From an uncultured Flavobacteriales bacterium (GTDB taxonomy: Bacteria; Bacteroidota; Bacteroidia; Flavobacteriales; UBA1820), in the NCBI GenBank assembly GCA_902462305.1, contig CABQBC010000008.1, positions 20,775 to 84,774 on the forward strand: a stretch of DNA of 64,000 bases. Reading direction: 5' to 3'. Positions 1-11,851 of this stretch are shown piece after piece. A program made the position numbers and the translations under genes. The notes under the pieces were generated by a model that made no database searches, was not told where the DNA came from, and saw only the letters and a list, made by a program, of their open reading frames with translations. Each line of letters begins with the position of its first letter. Positions within the stretch are counted from its first letter, which is position 1.

Positions 1-487
1 TGTAGAACGTCATATTGAAATCGGCATTACCGTCCTTTACTATGCAGAGAGGTTTTTTCCAATACGTGTCGTACTTTTTGAGCGTGACTTCGGATGGTAC
101 GCCGCCTTTGTTGGCCACGGAAATAATGAGTACATCGTTTTCTATGGTGGTAGCTTCTTTGCCGTTAGCGGCTGAAGGCAATGTTCCCGAATATGCGAAA
201 TCTCCGAATGCACGCACCAAAGCAGGCGAAATGCCGGCAGAATCGCCCGGGAGGGTATCGTCTGCGGCCGAGGCAATGGCTTTCAAATCCAGAGTATCGG
301 CTTTTTCGGCGGCTTCCTTTGCCTGTCTCTCGGCTTCGAGGCGGACAGCCTCTGCCCTTTTAGCCTCCTGTTCCTCCGCCGAAGGCATTGTAAACCACAT
401 ATAACCGATGAAAAGCGCACCCAAAAGCGCGAAACTTATCAGTGAACCTGTTCCGGAATTGGAGTTGTTGTCTTGTCCTAACAGCAT
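1..487 (-). CDS. yidC: membrane protein insertase YidC, N-terminal part (3' end outside the window)
   Basis: Absent from the ORF track because no stop is reached. The reverse-strand ATG at 485-487 reads MLLGQDNNSNSGTGSLISFALLGALFIGYMWFTMPSAEEQEAKRAE... then ...TIENDVLIISVANKGGVPSEVTLKKYD. That is one TM helix followed by a YidC-type periplasmic domain. It lies directly downstream of pyrG, as is usual in Bacteroidota. Confidence 0.75.
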   Translation of the reverse strand, partial: MLLGQDNNSNSGTGSLISFALLGALFIGYMWFTMPSAEEQEAKRAEAVRLEAERQAKEAAEKADTLDLKAIASAADDTLPGDSAGISPALVRAFGDFAYSGTLPSAANGKEATTIENDVLIISVANKGGVPSEVTLKKYDTYWKKPLCIVKDGNADFNMTFY

Positions 488-545
488 CTAAAATCTATTT
501 TTCTGTATTTATAAATTCGTTTCTTTGCCCGCAAAAGACGGGATA

Positions 546-2204
<1,659 letters not shown>

Positions 2205-2255
2205 TCATATCCCGCCCGGACGACACTTTTGTTCACATTAAAAAGAGACTGTCTT

Positions 2256-2555
2256 TCAAACGAAAAACACGATGTAAACCAGTGCGAAAAACAGAAGAGT
2301 TACGGCAAAGGCCTTGAAATTGGAACCCATAACGTTCCTTATGGCCGCAACGGACACTTTTTTCGTGGTAAAAAGTATCATCATGCCGGTAAAAAGCGAC
2401 AGGAAAAAAGCACCGAAAATTATATACGGAATTACAGCCAGTATCCATTTGCCTACCGATGCCCATACCACGAGCGTTATCAGGGCAAGCGATGTGAAAT
2501 AGCTGAACACACCGAAGTATTTTTTCCCGGTAATGCTTTTTTCCTGCTCATCCAT
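2256..2555 (-). CDS. small integral membrane protein (3 predicted TM helices), unknown function
   Basis: 99-aa ORF with strongly hydrophobic segments (FSYFTSLALITLVVWASV, ILAVIPYIIFGAFFLSLFTGMMILF, FAVTLLFFALVYIVFFV). It fits tightly between the E1 gene and pyrG on the same strand. Confidence 0.6.
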   Translation of the reverse strand: MDEQEKSITGKKYFGVFSYFTSLALITLVVWASVGKWILAVIPYIIFGAFFLSLFTGMMILFTTKKVSVAAIRNVMGSNFKAFAVTLLFFALVYIVFFV

Positions 2556-2559
2556 TTTT

Positions 2560-4950
2560 TTAATATTTGGAAGGATTGGATTCGTGCATCATTGCCAATA
2601 TGCCTTCAGCGATATCATCGGCGTTAGGTTTGGCGTAATAATCACCGTCGTCGGCATACGTCGTACGATGGGCTTTGGCCGTTATCAGCAGCGGTTTGCT
2701 GTCGAGCCAGCGGTATCCGTCCTGCGAGTTCATTACGTTGTCAAGTATGTAGGCCGAGGCCCCGCCGGGAACGTCCTCGTCGGCAATGACAAGACGTCCT
2801 GTTTTTTTCAGGCTGTCTCCTATCACGTGCGTGAGATCCAACGGCAGGAGCGACTGCACATCTATAAGTTCGACGTTTATGCCAAGGCTTTCCAGTTCGC
2901 GCGCGGCTTTTTCAGCCACTGCAAAAGTAGAACCGTAGGATACGAGCGTCACGTCAGCGCCTTGTTTGACTACTTCGGCTACACCTATCGGCGTGCGCAA
3001 TTCAGACAGGTTTGATGGCATTTTTTCCTTTTTGCGGTAGCCGTTTAGATTTTCCACCACAAGCGCCGGAGTGTCCACATCGAGCAATGAGTTGTAAAAA
3101 CCTGCCGCTTTTGTCATATTGCGTGGTACGAGTACGTACATGCCTCTGAGCAAATGTACGAGCGCCCCCATCGGAGAGCCCGAATGCCATATCCCTTCGA
3201 GGCGGTGTCCCCTGGTACGTATTATGGCCGGTGCTTTCTGGCGTCCGGCAGTGCGGAAACGCAGCGATGCGAGGTCGTCGCTCATCGTCTGCAAACCGTA
3301 AAGTATATAATCTAAATACTGTATTTCAGCTATGGGACGCAGGCCGCGCATGGACAACCCTATGGCCTGCCCTATTATCGTTGCTTCGCGTATACCGGTA
3401 TCCGACACCCGTGTCTGTCCGTATTTCGCTTGCATGCCTTCCATACCCTGATTCACGTCGCCGATATGGCCGGTGTCCTCGCCGAAAGTAAGCACTTCGG
3501 GATGCGAGGAGAATATGAGATCGAAATTGTCGCGCAGGATTATGCGCCCGTCCACATCCTGTGTATCGGGAGCATAAACCGGTTTTACATCCGGCGACTG
3601 TGCACCTGTTTTATCGGACTGGCTGTACAAGTGAGTTCCGTAACGCTGTTCGTTTCCCTCAGATACCTTGTCTATCCATTTTTTTAGCGCATCCCTTGCC
3701 GGTATATGTTCCGCAGCTGTCATGCGCATGACACGCCTGGCCAGGGAAAGGCCGTCCTTGCGGAAAAGCGGCATTATGGTATCCAAGGCCCCCGATGCCG
3801 CGTTTATATCGTCCTTGTGTGCGGAGGAAGAAGCTATTTCGGCCAGTATACCCTGAAGTTCTTTCATTTCGGCCGTTATCGGCGCCATTACGGCTTTCCA
3901 TGCGGCGTTCTTTTCATCGCGGACGTATTTTACAGCTTTATCTTCCAAGGTTTTGAGTTCGTCATCCGTCGCTATGCCGCTCTCGGTTATCCACTGGCGC
4001 ATCTTCACATTGCAGTCGAACTCGGATTCCCATTGCAGGCGTTCAGGTGATTTGTATCTGGTATGTGAGCCGGATGTTGAGTGTCCCTGCGGCTGTGTCA
4101 GTTCGGTTACGTGTACCAGCACCGGAACGCTTTCCTTACGGGCCGTAGCCTCGGCTTTGCGGTAAGCATCGACAAGCGCGGGATAATCCCAGCCTTTGAC
4201 AGTAATTATCTCTATACCGTTTTTTTCAGGTGTGCGGCGGAATCCCTCCATCGCTTCCGATATGTTTTCCTTTGTAGTCTGGTATTCGCTGGGAACGGAA
4301 ATACCGTAACCGTCGTCCCATACGGACACGACCATCGGAAGCTGCATGACGGCGGCCGCGTTCATAGTTTCCCAGAAATGGCCTTCGGATGTGGATGCGT
4401 TGCCTATCGTTCCGAAAGCCACCTCCCACCCGTCCTTAGAGAACAGGCCGTTGTCTTTCAACTCAGGTACATCACGATATACTTTCGAGGCTTGCGCCAG
4501 TCCCGTAAGGCGCGGCATCTGCCCGGCGGTGGACGATATGTCGGATGCCGAATTGTACTGTGCGGTCTGGTCTTTCCACGACCCGTCGGGGTTTACAAGC
4601 GGAGTGGAAAAATGGTTCACCATCTGCCGTCCGCCGGCGAAAGGTTCGGCTTCGATGTTCGTATCGGCATAAAGCGCGGAAAACATGTTGAATGGTTTCA
4701 TCAATCCTTTGGCCAGCATGAATGTCTGGTCGCGGTAATATCCTGAGCGGAAATCGCCCTTTCGGAACACTTTCGCCATAGCTATCTGAGGCAATTCCTT
4801 GCCGTCGCCGAAAATACCGAATTTGGCGCGCCCGCCAAGCACTTCCCGGCGTCCGGTAAGGCTCATATTCCGGCTTACCAGAGCCGTATAATAGTCGTCC
4901 AGCACCTCTTTTTTGTATTGTGCCGCAGGAATTATTTTTTCGTTTTCCAT
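2560..4950 (-). CDS. 2-oxoacid (branched-chain alpha-keto acid type) dehydrogenase E1 component, fused alpha/beta subunits
   Basis: 796 aa. The N-terminal half resembles a TPP-binding E1 alpha subunit and the C-terminal half an E1 beta / transketolase-like pyrimidine-binding domain. This fused architecture is typical of Bacteroidota. Confidence 0.85.
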   Translation of the reverse strand: MENEKIIPAAQYKKEVLDDYYTALVSRNMSLTGRREVLGGRAKFGIFGDGKELPQIAMAKVFRKGDFRSGYYRDQTFMLAKGLMKPFNMFSALYADTNIEAEPFAGGRQMVNHFSTPLVNPDGSWKDQTAQYNSASDISSTAGQMPRLTGLAQASKVYRDVPELKDNGLFSKDGWEVAFGTIGNASTSEGHFWETMNAAAVMQLPMVVSVWDDGYGISVPSEYQTTKENISEAMEGFRRTPEKNGIEIITVKGWDYPALVDAYRKAEATARKESVPVLVHVTELTQPQGHSTSGSHTRYKSPERLQWESEFDCNVKMRQWITESGIATDDELKTLEDKAVKYVRDEKNAAWKAVMAPITAEMKELQGILAEIASSSAHKDDINAASGALDTIMPLFRKDGLSLARRVMRMTAAEHIPARDALKKWIDKVSEGNEQRYGTHLYSQSDKTGAQSPDVKPVYAPDTQDVDGRIILRDNFDLIFSSHPEVLTFGEDTGHIGDVNQGMEGMQAKYGQTRVSDTGIREATIIGQAIGLSMRGLRPIAEIQYLDYILYGLQTMSDDLASLRFRTAGRQKAPAIIRTRGHRLEGIWHSGSPMGALVHLLRGMYVLVPRNMTKAAGFYNSLLDVDTPALVVENLNGYRKKEKMPSNLSELRTPIGVAEVVKQGADVTLVSYGSTFAVAEKAARELESLGINVELIDVQSLLPLDLTHVIGDSLKKTGRLVIADEDVPGGASAYILDNVMNSQDGYRWLDSKPLLITAKAHRTTYADDGDYYAKPNADDIAEGILAMMHESNPSKY

Positions 4951-5077
4951 ATTTTTTAGCTTTTACACTTCGGATTTATCAAAAATGAGGCTGAAAAAGC
5001 CTTTCTTTCTACAAAGATAACAATTTATGCATATGTCTATCCTCTCATGCGGTTATTTAATTTTACTTTAACGGCTG

Positions 5078-5107
5078 AAAAAAAGCCCCGGCGCGTTGCG
5101 CCGGGGC
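5078..5107 (-). terminator. rho-independent terminator after the C1 peptidase gene
   Basis: A perfect 10-bp GC-rich stem (gccccggcgc / gcgccggggc) with a 3-nt loop, followed on the minus strand by T7. Confidence 0.8.
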
Positions 5108-5143
5108 AGAAATTTCACATATGCTTCCGTTTCACGGGAATAG

Positions 5144-6286
5144 CTATCTCAATTTGCCTTTCACATCGGAAGGCACACCGTCCTTATGCAGGACGATGCA
5201 TATCGTCTTGTAACGCACGTAAGCCTCGCTGACGTAATACATTCCGGAAAAACCCTTTTCCGTTCCCCAGGAATTTTTGACGATATAATATTTCTTGCCG
5301 TTCACATCGCGTGCGATGCCGGTTATGTGCATGGCATGGTCATCCACCGTCGAATAATCGTCGAATGCCTGCTGACGCATCTGTTCGGTTATTTTCTTTT
5401 CGGGTTTCGGGCCGTCGAAAAGAAGCGAGTCCTTCGGGTTTTGCGGCACCACGGCTATGCCAAGAGGCACGGAAAAACCGTCTTCGGTCATGTCGGCCGA
5501 CCACATGGCCGTATATCCGTTATCAAGGGCGTAATCGAGCGTGCGCATCATATCGTCCAGAGGAATGTTATAGTATTTCTCCCATGTCCAGTTATCCGGC
5601 ACAAGCAAATGCGACTTCTTATAATAAGGCTCATAAGTCCAAGACATGAAATACATATAGTCCGACGGATTTATACCTACAACCTTGTCTGCAAAAGTCC
5701 GTGGCGTGTACTTCTTGCCCCGATACGTGAATTCGGAAGGAAGTTCGCCCAGATAACGGTCCAGTATGCCGTCGAAACCTTTTTTCCAGTCCCCGCGTAT
5801 GACTCTGGATGCGACTACGCTCTTTACATAAGCGGACAACGCTTTGTGCAGTTCTCCGTGGTCGTTGGCCGTTTCGCTGCCAGTAAGCCCCATATACGCC
5901 TCCTGCGGCATAGCTCCGTACATACGTATCACGTCAAGCACGTCCGTACCCTCTCCTCCGGGTGAAAACGGCATGTTGCCGTGCATACGGACATATTTGT
6001 CGGCTTTTCCTTGATAGGCTTTGTATGCTACGTACATCTCGGACAAATCGACCGGTTTTTTGCCCATGCGGAGCATCTCGGACTCGACGAACGATATACC
6101 GGCGTAGTCCCAGCACGTGCCGGATTTAGCCTGGTCTTTTACAGGAGTGACAGGAAGCGACTTTACAGCAGCAAATCCGAATTTTTCCTTCCACTGCTTC
6201 TGGATGGCGGGGTCGGCTTTCTGGGCCGCCAGAGTAAACGGGAAAAATGCCGCCATAAACAAAGCGGCGAATACATGTTTTTCCAT
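5144..6286 (-). CDS. secreted C1-family cysteine peptidase (aminopeptidase C / bleomycin hydrolase-like)
   Basis: 380 aa with a signal peptide (MEKHVFAALFMAAFFPFTLAAQ). The catalytic Cys motif is QAKSGTCWDYAG, and the C-terminal block DDHAMHITG...KNSWG carries the catalytic His/Asn region. Confidence 0.88.
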   Translation of the reverse strand: MEKHVFAALFMAAFFPFTLAAQKADPAIQKQWKEKFGFAAVKSLPVTPVKDQAKSGTCWDYAGISFVESEMLRMGKKPVDLSEMYVAYKAYQGKADKYVRMHGNMPFSPGGEGTDVLDVIRMYGAMPQEAYMGLTGSETANDHGELHKALSAYVKSVVASRVIRGDWKKGFDGILDRYLGELPSEFTYRGKKYTPRTFADKVVGINPSDYMYFMSWTYEPYYKKSHLLVPDNWTWEKYYNIPLDDMMRTLDYALDNGYTAMWSADMTEDGFSVPLGIAVVPQNPKDSLLFDGPKPEKKITEQMRQQAFDDYSTVDDHAMHITGIARDVNGKKYYIVKNSWGTEKGFSGMYYVSEAYVRYKTICIVLHKDGVPSDVKGKLR

Positions 6287-6305
6287 GACGTAATTTCAGT
6301 GTGTT

Positions 6306-7463
6306 TTATTTGAGTTTTTTAGTTATGTCGTCCGGAACACCGTCCTTATGCAATATTATCGACGTGGTTTTGTAGCGCACGTAAGCCTCGCTCACATATA
6401 CCATGCCGCCGTCGCGTCCGCGTTCGGTACCCCAGGAATTTTTCACCAGATAGTATTTTTTACCGTTCTGGTCTTTCGCCGTACCTATTATGTGCATTCC
6501 GTGGTCATCCTGTGTGGTATAATCGTCGAATGCCTGCTGGCGCATCTGTTCGGTTATTTCTTTCTCCGGTTTAGGGCCGTCGAGCATGTCCTCGGCTTCT
6601 ATCTGAGGCACTACCCCCACGCCCAGTTTTGACGAAAATCCTTTTTCGGACACGTCGGCCGCCCACAGTATGGTGTAACCGTTGTCCAGCGCGTGGTCTA
6701 TCGTACGCATCATATCGTCCAGAGGTATGTTATAAAACTTTTCCCATGCCCAGTTGTCCGGTACGAGAAGTTGTATTTTTTCATAATACGGCTCACAGGC
6801 CCACGAGGTGATGTAAATATAATCGTCGGGGTTTATACCCACCACTTTGTCGGCAAATGTGCGCGGGGTGTATTTTTTCCCCTGATAAGTAAACTCCTGA
6901 GGCAGGGAACCTAGATAAGCGTCGAGTATGCCGTCGAAACCTTTTTTCCAATCCCCGCGTATGACTTTGGACGAAGCTACCTCCTTAACGTATTCGGCCA
7001 GCTTTTTATCCATTTCGTTATGGTTGTTCGTGGTTTCGCCGGGAATAAGTCCTTCATACACTTCCTGGGGGACTATTCCGTATTTGCGTATCACGTCGAA
7101 CACATCGGAGCCTTCCGCCCCTGGAGCGAATGTGAGGTTCCCGTGCAGGCGCACGTATTTGTCGGCTTTGTCCTGGTACACTTTGTACACTACGAACATC
7201 TCGGCAAGGTCGGCTGGTTTCTTACCCATGCGCAACATTTCCGATTCGATGAGCGAAAGGCCGGAATATGACCAGCACGTGGACGATTTAGCCTGGTTTT
7301 TGACGTCCGTGGCAGGCAATTTCTTATCTACTGCGAACTGGAATTTTTCCTTCGCCGCCTCGTCGCCCTGACTGGTTTTGGCTACGAGGTTTTCCTGAGC
7401 GAAAGACACGAGGCTCATAAGGACAAATGCCCACAGAGCCAGCATACGGCGTAATTTTACCAT
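6306..7463 (-). CDS. secreted C1-family cysteine peptidase, tandem paralogue of 5144-6286
   Basis: 385 aa with a signal peptide. Motifs QAKSSTCWSYSG and DDHGMHIIG...KNSWG are present. It is collinear with the neighbouring paralogue along the whole length. Confidence 0.88.
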   Translation of the reverse strand: MVKLRRMLALWAFVLMSLVSFAQENLVAKTSQGDEAAKEKFQFAVDKKLPATDVKNQAKSSTCWSYSGLSLIESEMLRMGKKPADLAEMFVVYKVYQDKADKYVRLHGNLTFAPGAEGSDVFDVIRKYGIVPQEVYEGLIPGETTNNHNEMDKKLAEYVKEVASSKVIRGDWKKGFDGILDAYLGSLPQEFTYQGKKYTPRTFADKVVGINPDDYIYITSWACEPYYEKIQLLVPDNWAWEKFYNIPLDDMMRTIDHALDNGYTILWAADVSEKGFSSKLGVGVVPQIEAEDMLDGPKPEKEITEQMRQQAFDDYTTQDDHGMHIIGTAKDQNGKKYYLVKNSWGTERGRDGGMVYVSEAYVRYKTTSIILHKDGVPDDITKKLK

Positions 7464-7796
7464 TTTGATTGTGCTTAAATGCTTTTGGTTATGTATATTG
7501 TGTTTATAAATTTCCGTATAAATAAATCATACAGCCGCCAAAACGGCAACGTACAAAAGTAATGAAAAAAACATATACCGGCGGGATATGTCGCCTGAAA
7601 AAGCCCGGCATGTGCACGGCGGCACGCCGTCACGGAACCTTAACAACGATAATAATACGACGGAAATAATTACATTTGCACAATACGGGAGTCGCGCCTG
7701 ACTATTTGAAAATGCCATGGCATCCGCCATATTTTAGCAATATGGGATGTACCTCGGAATAGCTCAAGCGAGCTTGGCTCTTCTCCCCGCATTCGC

Positions 7797-7804
7797 TATA
7801 TTTG
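7797..7804 (+). promoter_or_regulatory. Bacteroidota -7 promoter motif upstream of rlmD
   Basis: TATATTTG, 29 nt upstream of the ATG at 7833. Confidence 0.55.
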
Positions 7805-7832
7805 CACGGTAAACAAAAAAAATCACGACCTG

Positions 7833-9281
7833 ATGTCGAGACGCCATCCCAAAGACCTCGTATTAGAAAACTTAGAAGTAACCGACGCCGCAGCACAGGG
7901 CAAATCGGTAGCCCACAGCGAGGACGGCCGCGCCGTGCTTATACTAGGAGCCGTACCGGGCGATATTGTCGACGTGCGTGTTACGAAAAAGAAAAGCAAG
8001 TATTACGAAGGTACCGCGGAACGTATCGTAAAACCTTCGGAAAAACGCACGACGCCGCCATGCGCGCATTTCGGGGTGTGCGGCGGCTGCAAATGGCAAA
8101 ACATGGACTACCGTTGGCAGCTTTTCTACAAACAAAAGGAAGTCGGGAACAACCTGCGCCGTCTGGGGGGACTGGACATGCCCGATCCGTTGCCGATAAA
8201 AGGCTGCGGTAACGAATATTTTTACCGCAACAAAATGGAATTCTCGTTTGCCACGCGGCGGTGGTACACTAGGGAGGAACTGGACATGGCAGGCGACATA
8301 GGCGATGGCGAACCTGGACTCGGTTTTCACATACCGGGCCGTTGGGACAAGGTTCTGGACATAAAAAAATGCCACCTTCAAAGGGACCCTTCCAATGCCA
8401 TACGCCTTGAGATGAAAAAATACGCGACGGAACACGGTCTTGAATTTTTCGATCCGCGCACCAACGAAGGCTTTTTAAGGACCATGATGGTACGCACGTC
8501 GTCCGTATCGCCCGACGTGATGCTGATGGTGCAGTTTTACCGCGAGGATAAAACGGCGCGTGAAGCCCTGTTGGAACACATGCACCGCACTTTTCCCGAA
8601 ATCAGCTCGCTGTTGTACGCCATAAATCCGAAGGTAAACGACTCGATATACGACCTCGATATAAAAACGTACTACGGGCAGGACCATATATTTGAACAAA
8701 TGGAAGGGCTTCGTTTCAAAATCGGCCCCAAGTCGTTTTACCAGACCAATTCGGCACAGGCGTACGAACTGTACAAAACGGTACGCGAGTTTGCTCACCT
8801 CACGGGTAGCGAAACTGTTTACGACCTGTACACAGGCACCGGGACCATATCGCAGTTCGTTAGTTCCGGCGCAGGAAAAGTCATAGGCGTGGAAGCCGTG
8901 CCTGAGGCCATTGAAGCTGCGCGCGTAAACGCCGCGATAAACGGCATAACCAACTGCGAATACCTGGTAGGCGACATGAAGGACGTGTTCGACGACGGAT
9001 TTACGAGCCGCTACGGGCGTCCCGACGTAGTTATAACGGATCCCCCGCGCGACGGCATGCACAAGGACGTAGTGGCGCAGCTTCTCCGCCTTATGCCGCA
9101 GAGGATAGTCTACGTGAGCTGCAATTCAGCCACACAGGCGCGCGACCTTGCCATGATGAAAGATTTTTACGAGATAAAAAAATCACAGGCCGTCGATATG
9201 TTTCCCCAGACGTTCCATGTGGAGAACGTTGTACTGCTGGAAGCGAGGGAACAATCAGGGTTAACGGACGATAAAGAATGA
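7833..9281 (+). CDS. rlmD: 23S rRNA (uracil-C5)-methyltransferase RlmD/RumA family
   Basis: 482 aa. It has an N-terminal TRAM-like domain, the Fe-S cysteines CAHFGVCGGCKWQ, the SAM-methyltransferase motif DPPRDG, and the catalytic block YVSCNSATQARD. Confidence 0.93.
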   Translation: MSRRHPKDLVLENLEVTDAAAQGKSVAHSEDGRAVLILGAVPGDIVDVRVTKKKSKYYEGTAERIVKPSEKRTTPPCAHFGVCGGCKWQNMDYRWQLFYKQKEVGNNLRRLGGLDMPDPLPIKGCGNEYFYRNKMEFSFATRRWYTREELDMAGDIGDGEPGLGFHIPGRWDKVLDIKKCHLQRDPSNAIRLEMKKYATEHGLEFFDPRTNEGFLRTMMVRTSSVSPDVMLMVQFYREDKTAREALLEHMHRTFPEISSLLYAINPKVNDSIYDLDIKTYYGQDHIFEQMEGLRFKIGPKSFYQTNSAQAYELYKTVREFAHLTGSETVYDLYTGTGTISQFVSSGAGKVIGVEAVPEAIEAARVNAAINGITNCEYLVGDMKDVFDDGFTSRYGRPDVVITDPPRDGMHKDVVAQLLRLMPQRIVYVSCNSATQARDLAMMKDFYEIKKSQAVDMFPQTFHVENVVLLEAREQSGLTDDKE

Positions 9282-9844
9282 AATACGCAAAAACACTTTA
9301 CATACCGGTTATGGCGGTGACCGCGGCGCTCATGTTCTGGGCATGCGAAAAAGACGACATATGTCCCGAAAACTCGCCTAAGACGCCCGATGCGAGGGTA
9401 GAATTCTACGTCATGACTGACGGGCGGCCGGAAGAGTCGAAACGTACCGCACTGAATGTATTCGGACTTGATGGTAAGGAACGTAAAGAGGCCATAAAAA
9501 TACTTGGCAGCGGGGAATACGTAAATCTGCCTGTAAATTTCGAAACCGGCCAGTCGCGGTATCTTTTCGAGGAAGGAACGCTCACCGACACGCTTACGCT
9601 TTCATACGAACCTGAAATGTCGTTCGTATCGAAAGCATGCGGATACCGCTTCACGTTCCTCAACGTAACGGTATCGTGTACCACCGGCGGGCCTGTGGAA
9701 AGTTTTTCCGGCGATATAGAGGAACAACCCGCCGATGGCCACCTGTTCAACACGGCACAGGTCACGGCAAAACTGGTATTCAAGAACAATACGCCGTTGC
9801 CGGAAGACAACCCAACCGCAAATCATTATTCCGGACAAAAATGA
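9278..9844 (+). CDS. putative lipoprotein, unknown function
   Basis: 188 aa with a lipobox-like LMFWAC after the signal sequence. Its start overlaps the rlmD stop (ATGA at 9278-9281). Confidence 0.65.
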   Translation: MKYAKTLYIPVMAVTAALMFWACEKDDICPENSPKTPDARVEFYVMTDGRPEESKRTALNVFGLDGKERKEAIKILGSGEYVNLPVNFETGQSRYLFEEGTLTDTLTLSYEPEMSFVSKACGYRFTFLNVTVSCTTGGPVESFSGDIEEQPADGHLFNTAQVTAKLVFKNNTPLPEDNPTANHYSGQK

Positions 9845-10827
9845 CAGGCGCCATGAAAAAACACATATCCGGATACGGCATCATCGTACTGTGCGCCGCC
9901 GCTATGACATTTTTACCCCGTCCTGCCTCTGCAGGGCAAATACTCGGATTCCGGGCCGACACTACCCTGCTGACATCCCGCATGATAACGGCTGCCGATT
10001 CCCTCATATCAGGAAAAGCGCCGTCAAAGGACTCGCTGCTGAAAGCGGATTCCCTTTCTCTGGATACAAAACAGGCCGTTCCATCGGATACGGTGAGGAA
10101 GGATTCGCTTCAGGAAGTACAGCATGCACTGAGGATAGGATTCGATATCGCCGCACCGCTGATACCAGTCATAAGCGGAAAAGACTACGATAAAGGATGG
10201 ATGATACAGGCCGATTTCCGTCTTACACCTAAATTGTATGTTGCGGCGGATTTCGGATACTCAAAACGCAGGTTCGATTTTTCGGCACAAAAAATGGATA
10301 TAGACGGGTGGTTTGCCCGCGCCGGCATAAATTACTCGCTCATGCGCGGCATATTCAGTTACGACGATATGATGTTCGTGGGCCTTAAGGCAGGATACAG
10401 CCAGTACGACCGCCATCTGTACGGTGCTTCTATAAACAACGATTACTGGGGAGGCACTGAAAATATCGATATAAACGACAGGCCTTCGGCCATATGGGGT
10501 GATTTGTCGCTTGGAGTTATGGTGCGCGTGGTTAAAAACGTTTACCTGTCCATGCAGGGAGGGTACGACCTGATACTATCATCCACAAAACCTAACGGCA
10601 TAGGCCCTCTGGCAGTACCAGGTATGGGCCAGGTGTACAATTCTTCGGCAGGATTTTCGTTTTCCTATACCATTTCATACCGCATACCTCTGTATAAAAA
10701 AATGCACAGGGTAAAAATAAGGCAAAAACCAGAAACCGAGGAAGACAGACAGAAAGCTCAGCAGGAACGCGAAAAGGAGAAACCGCTGGAACCTGCATAC
10801 AACCCGGTGGAAATTCTGGAGGAATGA
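9841..10827 (+). CDS. putative outer-membrane beta-barrel-like protein with charged C-terminal tail
   Basis: The ORF track extends to 9637. The likely start is the ATG at 9841, which overlaps the upstream stop (ATGA), or alternatively the ATG at 9853. The signal peptide is MKKHISGYGIIVLCAAAMTFLPRPASA. Alternating aromatic/aliphatic beta-strand patterns are visible (LYVAADFGYS, WFARAGINYS, GFSFSYTISYRIPLY). Confidence 0.6.
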   Translation: MTGAMKKHISGYGIIVLCAAAMTFLPRPASAGQILGFRADTTLLTSRMITAADSLISGKAPSKDSLLKADSLSLDTKQAVPSDTVRKDSLQEVQHALRIGFDIAAPLIPVISGKDYDKGWMIQADFRLTPKLYVAADFGYSKRRFDFSAQKMDIDGWFARAGINYSLMRGIFSYDDMMFVGLKAGYSQYDRHLYGASINNDYWGGTENIDINDRPSAIWGDLSLGVMVRVVKNVYLSMQGGYDLILSSTKPNGIGPLAVPGMGQVYNSSAGFSFSYTISYRIPLYKKMHRVKIRQKPETEEDRQKAQQEREKEKPLEPAYNPVEILEE

Positions 10828-10943
10828 CGACGACATATAAAGTGAAACGTTTGTTTGCCTGATGTACTTACCGGGAGCAAAGATTTCGATGTATATTTTT
10901 CCAGCGTTTAACGTTATATAAACACCTGGTAACAGAAAACAAC

Positions 10944-10975
10944 AAAAAGGCTGGCCCATACGGGCCAGCCTTTTT
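10944..10975. terminator. bidirectional terminator between convergent genes (10827 end / tpiA end)
   Basis: The stem is ggctggccc / gggccagcc with loop atac, flanked by A5 on the left and T5 on the right. Confidence 0.85.
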
Positions 10976-11008
10976 GTTGTTCATAAAAGTCCTGTAAAGA
11001 CAGTCCCC

Positions 11009-11770
11009 TTACATGCGCGCCATTATAATGGCTTTAAAGTCGGCAGCCTTGAGCGAAGCTCCGCCTATAAGTCCTCCGTCGACATCCGGTTTCGCAAACA
11101 GCGAAGCGGCATTGGAAGGATTGCACGAACCGCCGTAAAGTATAGATACTTCTTCGGCCAGTTCCTTGCCGTACTTCGACGCTATCACCCCGCGTATGTG
11201 GGCATGCATCTGTTGAGCCTGTTCCGGAGTAGCCGTTTCTCCTGTTCCTATTGCCCATACAGGTTCGTAAGCCAGAACTATATTACTCCATGCCGATGCC
11301 GGAAGATGGAAAAGAGCGTTCTTTATCTGGTCTTCCACCACTTTGAAATGCTCGCCTGATTTGCGCTGTTCCAACACCTCGCCGATGCAGAAAATAACTT
11401 CCATGTTTTCAGCCAGGGCGGCATCCGTCTTTTCGGCAAGGAACTGGTCAGTCTCACCGAAATACTGGCGGCGTTCCGAATGTCCGAGGATTACCTTGGA
11501 CGCACCTGCGGACTTGGCTATCGGAGCCGAAACCTCTCCGGTGTAAGCTCCGGAAGCCTTCGGATATATGTTCTGCGCAGCCACGGCCACGCCTGTTCCT
11601 TTCAGTTCCTGTGCCACGGCGCTTATATTGGTAAATACCGGCGCTACCACCATCTCGACACCGCAAACGGGCATATCGGCCATAGCCGCTTTCAGATCCT
11701 TGGCCAAAGCCACGCTGTCGGTGAGCGTTTTGTTCATTTTCCAGTTGCCTGCTACGATTTTACGTCTCAT
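11009..11770 (-). CDS. tpiA: triose-phosphate isomerase
   Basis: 253 aa with the classic motifs VAGNWKMNK, ILGHSERR and AYEPVWAIGTG. Confidence 0.97.
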   Translation of the reverse strand: MRRKIVAGNWKMNKTLTDSVALAKDLKAAMADMPVCGVEMVVAPVFTNISAVAQELKGTGVAVAAQNIYPKASGAYTGEVSAPIAKSAGASKVILGHSERRQYFGETDQFLAEKTDAALAENMEVIFCIGEVLEQRKSGEHFKVVEDQIKNALFHLPASAWSNIVLAYEPVWAIGTGETATPEQAQQMHAHIRGVIASKYGKELAEEVSILYGGSCNPSNAASLFAKPDVDGGLIGGASLKAADFKAIIMARM

Positions 11771-11851
11771 TTCTTCTTTTGTTTTTGATTTATTTATTCA
11801 GTTTTATCTTTTGTCTATCTCCTCATCGTCCATACGCACGAATAAAAGCCG

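Noticed and set aside
15-404. 129-aa plus-strand ORF at the left edge
   Set aside because: It lies antisense to a much more convincing reverse-strand reading frame, the YidC N-terminus with its TM helix and periplasmic domain. That frame is missing from the ORF track only because it runs off the window.
7527-7896. Two overlapping minus-strand ORFs (67 and 64 aa) in the peptidase / rlmD divergent intergenic region
   Set aside because: They overlap each other and the rlmD promoter and start. They show no signal or family features, and the region is better explained as a divergent promoter region.
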